A DNA stretch of 29,750 nucleotides from a virus. Taxonomy: Duplodnaviria; Caudoviricetes. The stretch covers positions 1 through 29,750 of IMG/VR virus record IMGVR_UViG_3300032320_000553. One strand, written 5' to 3'. Position 1 is the stretch's first letter. Each line of letters starts with the position of its first letter. The notes beneath the pieces were generated by a model, which was not told the DNA's origin, searched no databases, and was given only the letters and a program-made list of their open reading frames with translations. The position numbers and the translations under genes were made by a program. Below are positions 25,909 to 29,750 of this stretch, in pieces.

Positions 25909-26313
25909 TTAACTCAAGCAGTGAATGATTGCGTAGTTGATGATAACAGCCTCAGACAAACTGCCACCCGTGTTATTAAACAGACCAATTTGGGCGCTGC
26001 CGGTTGTTTGGCTGGCAACGTAAGGCCAGTAAGCACCAGAAGTACCACCACCCGAAACGCTAACGATCAAAACATCGTTAGGCCCAAGCAAATTGTTGTT
26101 AAGCGTAAACAAAACATTGGTCTGTGTAGCCAAAGCCGCATTGTTCATCGTAATACGACCGGCGCTTTTGTTCAGCGTAACGGCAGTAGACTTGTTTGTT
26201 GCTTGCGTCACCGTACCTTGAGCACCTGCGCTGTACCCAATTTCCTGACTTGCATAACAAGTCGTAAATTCTGGGTCGGAATATGCGACCCCAATTGCTT
26301 GCGTATTAGGCAT
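25909..26313 (-). CDS. Putative head decoration / minor capsid protein
   Basis: GTVTQATNKSTAVTLNK.AGRITM; beta-rich; after the coat gene. Confidence 0.6.
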   Translation of the reverse strand: MPNTQAIGVAYSDPEFTTCYASQEIGYSAGAQGTVTQATNKSTAVTLNKSAGRITMNNAALATQTNVLFTLNNNLLGPNDVLIVSVSGGGTSGAYWPYVASQTTGSAQIGLFNNTGGSLSEAVIINYAIIHCLS

Positions 26314-26325
26314 AATAATTCCTTT

Positions 26326-26354
26326 AAAAAAGGGGAGAGCTTGTGGCCCTCCCC
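26326..26354 (-). terminator. Intrinsic terminator after coat and first decoration gene
   Basis: GGGGAGGGC-CACAA-GCTCTCCCC-TTTTTT on the minus strand. Confidence 0.8.
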
Positions 26355-26369
26355 CTTAGATTTAGGCTT

Positions 26370-26777
26370 TTAGCCCAAACGGTAAACAACGTAAGTACCG
26401 TCGCCGGTCTTACGGAAACGGAACAACTGGCTGGTTGTAACAGCGATAGCAACCAAAGCGTTGCCGCCATCGGTCACACCAGTGTTAACAGCCAACGTCA
26501 CTGCGCCAGACGAAGTGCCGATGTTTACGATTGACAAGTCAAACGTGCTACCGACCGTGGCGTTAGGAACAGCAGCATCAATCGCCGTGCCCAAAGGCAG
26601 CGTGTACGTTGCTGCCGAAGTGCCAGGGTTAGCAACCAGCATCTGACTAGCAATCTGCGCTGCGGTCAAGGTTGCAGTTGCCGTGGCCGTTTGTGGAGCG
26701 GCCATAGCACTGAGGATTGTTTCTTGACGGTTACCTGCACCAACTTGGTAACCACCACCACCATTAGGGAGAGCCAT
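26370..26777 (-). CDS. Putative capsid decoration/cement protein
   Basis: 135 aa Ala/Thr-rich, between the coat gene and a terminator. Confidence 0.65.
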   Translation of the reverse strand: MALPNGGGGYQVGAGNRQETILSAMAAPQTATATATLTAAQIASQMLVANPGTSAATYTLPLGTAIDAAVPNATVGSTFDLSIVNIGTSSGAVTLAVNTGVTDGGNALVAIAVTTSQLFRFRKTGDGTYVVYRLG

Positions 26778-26800
26778 AATATTTCCTTAAATTAAAAGGT

Positions 26801-28003
26801 TCAACCCCAGATGCGGCAAGCCATCTGTGGACGAATCGTGCTAAAGCCATACAGAACGTCAATACGGCAAGGCAGACGGTCGTTGTTAATATCGTACTGG
26901 CGAACGACACGCAACGAAATACCGTTATGCACTGCGCGAGCAGCCATATCAACACCCTGCGGAAGCAACAAGTCAGCCGTAGCAAACGTGATCGCGTCCT
27001 TGTGGTACACGAGGTTCTGTGGGAACTGAGTGTTTGCCGAACCAACCATCGTCACAACAGCCGAAGCCTGTGGGAAGCTGTCAACCGTTGCCAGAGCATT
27101 GTCTGCCGTGTAGATCGCTGGCGAAATGCTCAGAGTAGCGGTAGACGAACCCGTTGCCGCAGCGGTCACAACGAACTGCTGAAGCGAACCAGTCGACTCG
27201 CGGGTCTGTGGGTTGACAGCGTAAACGCCGGCAACCGTAAACACATCGCCAACGGTCCAAGTTCTGCTGGAGCCGGTGAACGAAATGCCGAGGGTCGATT
27301 GACCTTGAGTCGAAACGGTGCTGGTGACAGTGATCGAGGTACCCCAGTTGCCGGTGGTGTGCTGCTTGATTGACTGAGACATATTGATCTCGTCAAACCC
27401 AAGAACACCAGTCCCCATCATGCCGTTCTTGAACTGCTTGGAGATTGTGTCCGTAGGATTGAAAAGACCCTTCATGCCTTCAACCAGACCAGCGTTTGCA
27501 GCGGGGTTAACCGTTGCATAACGTGGTGACATCACAGCAGCGTTTTCGTTCAGCTTCTGTTGAGCTTGCAACAGAACCAACGAAGTCGCTGGCGTGGTGC
27601 CTGGGGTGCCAACCGTGTTACCAATTGCTTTGTAAGCATTAGCAACGTCAGCGTCAATGCTGGAGGCCAACTGCGAGATACGCGGCTTGAGAACGCGCTC
27701 TGCGAAGTCATCCAACTGCATTGTCAGTTCGGCAGACGTGAAGTTCACGCCGATATGCTTCTGCGAAGCCACGGTCAAGGTGGTGAACTGCTCGTTGTCG
27801 TCCTGAACTTGCAGGGCGGCACCGTCCGTCACCAGAGCGCGGTCGGGCAGACGGATACGCAGGGTCGAACCGATCTTTGCACCTTCAACAGCAAAGCTGT
27901 CGTCGTACTGACGGTTCACGTTACGGGTAAGAACCAGATTGTTTTCCAAGATCTCCAGGGCCTTCCTGGTGATCATGTCAATCGTTAAGATAGAATTGGA
28001 CAC
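26801..28003 (-). CDS. Major capsid protein (P22 gp5-like coat)
   Basis: SNSILTIDMITRKALEILEN...GAKIGSTLRIRLP...RIDVLYG; GTG start with AAGGA RBS. Confidence 0.93.
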   Translation of the reverse strand: MSNSILTIDMITRKALEILENNLVLTRNVNRQYDDSFAVEGAKIGSTLRIRLPDRALVTDGAALQVQDDNEQFTTLTVASQKHIGVNFTSAELTMQLDDFAERVLKPRISQLASSIDADVANAYKAIGNTVGTPGTTPATSLVLLQAQQKLNENAAVMSPRYATVNPAANAGLVEGMKGLFNPTDTISKQFKNGMMGTGVLGFDEINMSQSIKQHTTGNWGTSITVTSTVSTQGQSTLGISFTGSSRTWTVGDVFTVAGVYAVNPQTRESTGSLQQFVVTAAATGSSTATLSISPAIYTADNALATVDSFPQASAVVTMVGSANTQFPQNLVYHKDAITFATADLLLPQGVDMAARAVHNGISLRVVRQYDINNDRLPCRIDVLYGFSTIRPQMACRIWG

Positions 28004-28021
28004 TTGTACATTCCTTAAAAG

Positions 28022-28759
28022 TTAGCGATGTTGAGCTTGTGCCTTTTTAATCTGGCGCAGCCTGTCTGCTTCAATCCATTCCGAGGCAGTCATGGTTTTA
28101 GTAGACCGAGGATCGGTCGTATCATAACTTGGATTGCCTGAAGTTCTGGCTGTTACCGGACTAATCGGTGCGGGCGCGGACGTAGTACGTTTAACTGGAA
28201 CATCATTGGCTATTTTAGCCTCAATGCGTCCAATCTCCTTTGCTTGCAAAATCGGGCTAAGACGGGAAATGCGATCTGTCTCTTTTGGATTAGACCCAAG
28301 GTAGTAAGCTACATCAGGGCCAGCATCAGAGGCTTGAATCGCTTGCGCCATCACGGTCGTGATCTTGAGACTTGGGTTGTACGCGACCTGTTCAAAGTCA
28401 TCGTACTTGGTCCGAGCCTCTTCTTCACGCTCGTGATATGCCTCAAGAATCTCCGTCTGTTGGCGCTGCTGGTCCCGTTGTGCGATTAGCTGGATTGCTT
28501 TGGCTTCTGCGTAAGCATCAACCGAATCAAACTGATCTACAGGTGGAACATCAACGGCAACGGGCGGCGGTGCTTGACGCTCACGCTCCCACTTTCGCTG
28601 TTCTCTTGCGAGACGTTTTTGAATCGCGGCATCAAGTTCCTCTTGCGAGAAGGTCTTGGGCGCAACTTCCGGCGTATCTACAGGTTCTGGAGTCGCCGTG
28701 ACATCCAGTTCCGGCGCGGGCGCTACTTCCGCTTCAATCGCTACTACTTCTTCGGACAT
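28022..28759 (-). CDS. Scaffolding protein
   Basis: Acidic Pro-rich N-terminus, KTFSQEELDA, coiled coil, GPDVAYYLG, APAPISPV; directly upstream of coat. Confidence 0.85.
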   Translation of the reverse strand: MSEEVVAIEAEVAPAPELDVTATPEPVDTPEVAPKTFSQEELDAAIQKRLAREQRKWERERQAPPPVAVDVPPVDQFDSVDAYAEAKAIQLIAQRDQQRQQTEILEAYHEREEEARTKYDDFEQVAYNPSLKITTVMAQAIQASDAGPDVAYYLGSNPKETDRISRLSPILQAKEIGRIEAKIANDVPVKRTTSAPAPISPVTARTSGNPSYDTTDPRSTKTMTASEWIEADRLRQIKKAQAQHR

Positions 28760-28800
28760 TGTGAATCCTGAGATTCCCCGGTCAACTGGGCCGGTACAGT

Positions 28801-28974
28801 TTAATTCTCCAGCAAAATCAAGCCGTTATCTTCTTGCAACAGAAAATCATTAGATTCCATCAACAGCGCGTTATATACCAAAGGCAGACTGCTACCGCTG
28901 CCGGAAAGCAACGAAATAATGCCGCCCAAACCTATGGGCAGCGAATTCCGAATGTCAACGCCATAATAACTCAT
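28801..28974 (-). CDS. Small virion-associated protein (57 aa)
   Basis: Manual translation MSYYGVDIRNSLPIGLGGII...LLMESNDFLLQEDNGLILLEN; ATGA overlap. Confidence 0.7.
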   Translation of the reverse strand: MSYYGVDIRNSLPIGLGGIISLLSGSGSSLPLVYNALLMESNDFLLQEDNGLILLEN

Positions 28975-29273
28975 TGCTTATTCAATGGCTTGCAGTAGAT
29001 TGTGCCGCTTGACGCAATTTGGATCGCGCTCACCCGCCAAACACCAGAAACGGATGACTGAATCTTAAACGGAATAGGCGTAAATGCGGGAATAGGTGTA
29101 TCAAACGTTGTTGCCGTGACGTTTTCGCCAACAACAACATAGCACGGCTGATCCGACCAAACCATCACGCCCTCTGGGCCAGTGTTCCAACCAGTCGTTG
29201 ATCCAGCCGTGCCGCTAAACGCTGCGGTCTGGGCTGGAAAGTTTGATCGAGATAAAGGATTTAGCAGTTCCAT
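28971..29273 (-). CDS. Hypothetical virion protein (100 aa)
   Basis: Beta-rich ORF in the late operon. Confidence 0.75.
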   Translation of the reverse strand: MELLNPLSRSNFPAQTAAFSGTAGSTTGWNTGPEGVMVWSDQPCYVVVGENVTATTFDTPIPAFTPIPFKIQSSVSGVWRVSAIQIASSGTIYCKPLNKQ

Positions 29274-29660
29274 TTAAGCCTCAAGGGTTGGGGTTGGAAT
29301 TACAACCCAAGACAATGTTTCCTCATCCCAGTAGTAACGCTGATCATCCGTAGGCATCGCAACAGGAGCATCCCATTGGCAGGTTTCTTCGTTCAAGACC
29401 CATGATGGGAATGGCTGTGGAGGAATAAACGCATCACGGGCAGAGTCGTATGTGTAACCAATTCCCGCATAGTTTTTGCGAAACGGCTTTTCGCCTAACA
29501 AGTGCTTGCCACCGTGAGTGTTATAGCTAGTACGCTTGCAAACTTGACCACGAAACTCGCCGTACCATTGCTCCCAATCCGTGTCGTCTAATCCTTGGTC
29601 TCGACCAGTAATAACTTCGGTCACGACGTTGTTTGAATCAAGGAATGCGTAATGTGCCAT
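29274..29660 (-). CDS. Conserved phage protein typically paired with Gly-rich fibre genes
   Basis: MAHYAFLD.NNVV...RTSYN...FRKNYAGIGYTYD..RDAFIPPQPFPSW. Confidence 0.75.
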   Translation of the reverse strand: MAHYAFLDSNNVVTEVITGRDQGLDDTDWEQWYGEFRGQVCKRTSYNTHGGKHLLGEKPFRKNYAGIGYTYDSARDAFIPPQPFPSWVLNEETCQWDAPVAMPTDDQRYYWDEETLSWVVIPTPTLEA

Positions 29661-29665
29661 ATCTA

Positions 29666-29750
29666 TCACCACTGAATATTGCCAGTACCTTGGCTAAATC
29701 GGTACACTTTATAACCAGAACGGATAGTTGTGTTTGGTGTAGTGCTTCCA
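29666..29750 (-). CDS. C-terminus of a probable glycine-rich fibre-like protein (partial)
   Basis: ...GSTTPNTTIRSGYKVYRFSQGTGNIQW*, stop at 29666-29668. Confidence 0.55.
   Translation of the reverse strand, partial: GSTTPNTTIRSGYKVYRFSQGTGNIQW

Overview
The whole window is bacteriophage DNA, most of a podovirus-type genome. It pairs a P22-like virion module (scaffold, coat, gp4/gp10-like tail, three ejection proteins) with an APSE/SPO2-like replication module (RepB-like primase-helicase, family A DNA polymerase, SSB-like protein, DUF2800/Cas4-like nuclease, VRR-NUC, SNF2 helicase). From left to right: a probable small terminase running off the left edge; a ~690-bp non-coding region of iterated and inverted repeats; a + strand block of small early genes separated by a conserved structured element and including a truncated beta-clamp homolog; divergent replication operons containing an amino-methyltransferase; small middle genes; then the long - strand lysis and morphogenesis operon. 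Large terminase and portal appear to lie outside the window. No integrase, repressor, tRNA or true CRISPR array was seen. The main oddities are a cupin-SET-domain fusion just upstream of the ejection genes, the co-varying hairpin repeat in the early region, and the origin/terminus-like repeat array. Family calls come from motif recognition and synteny only; no database search was run.
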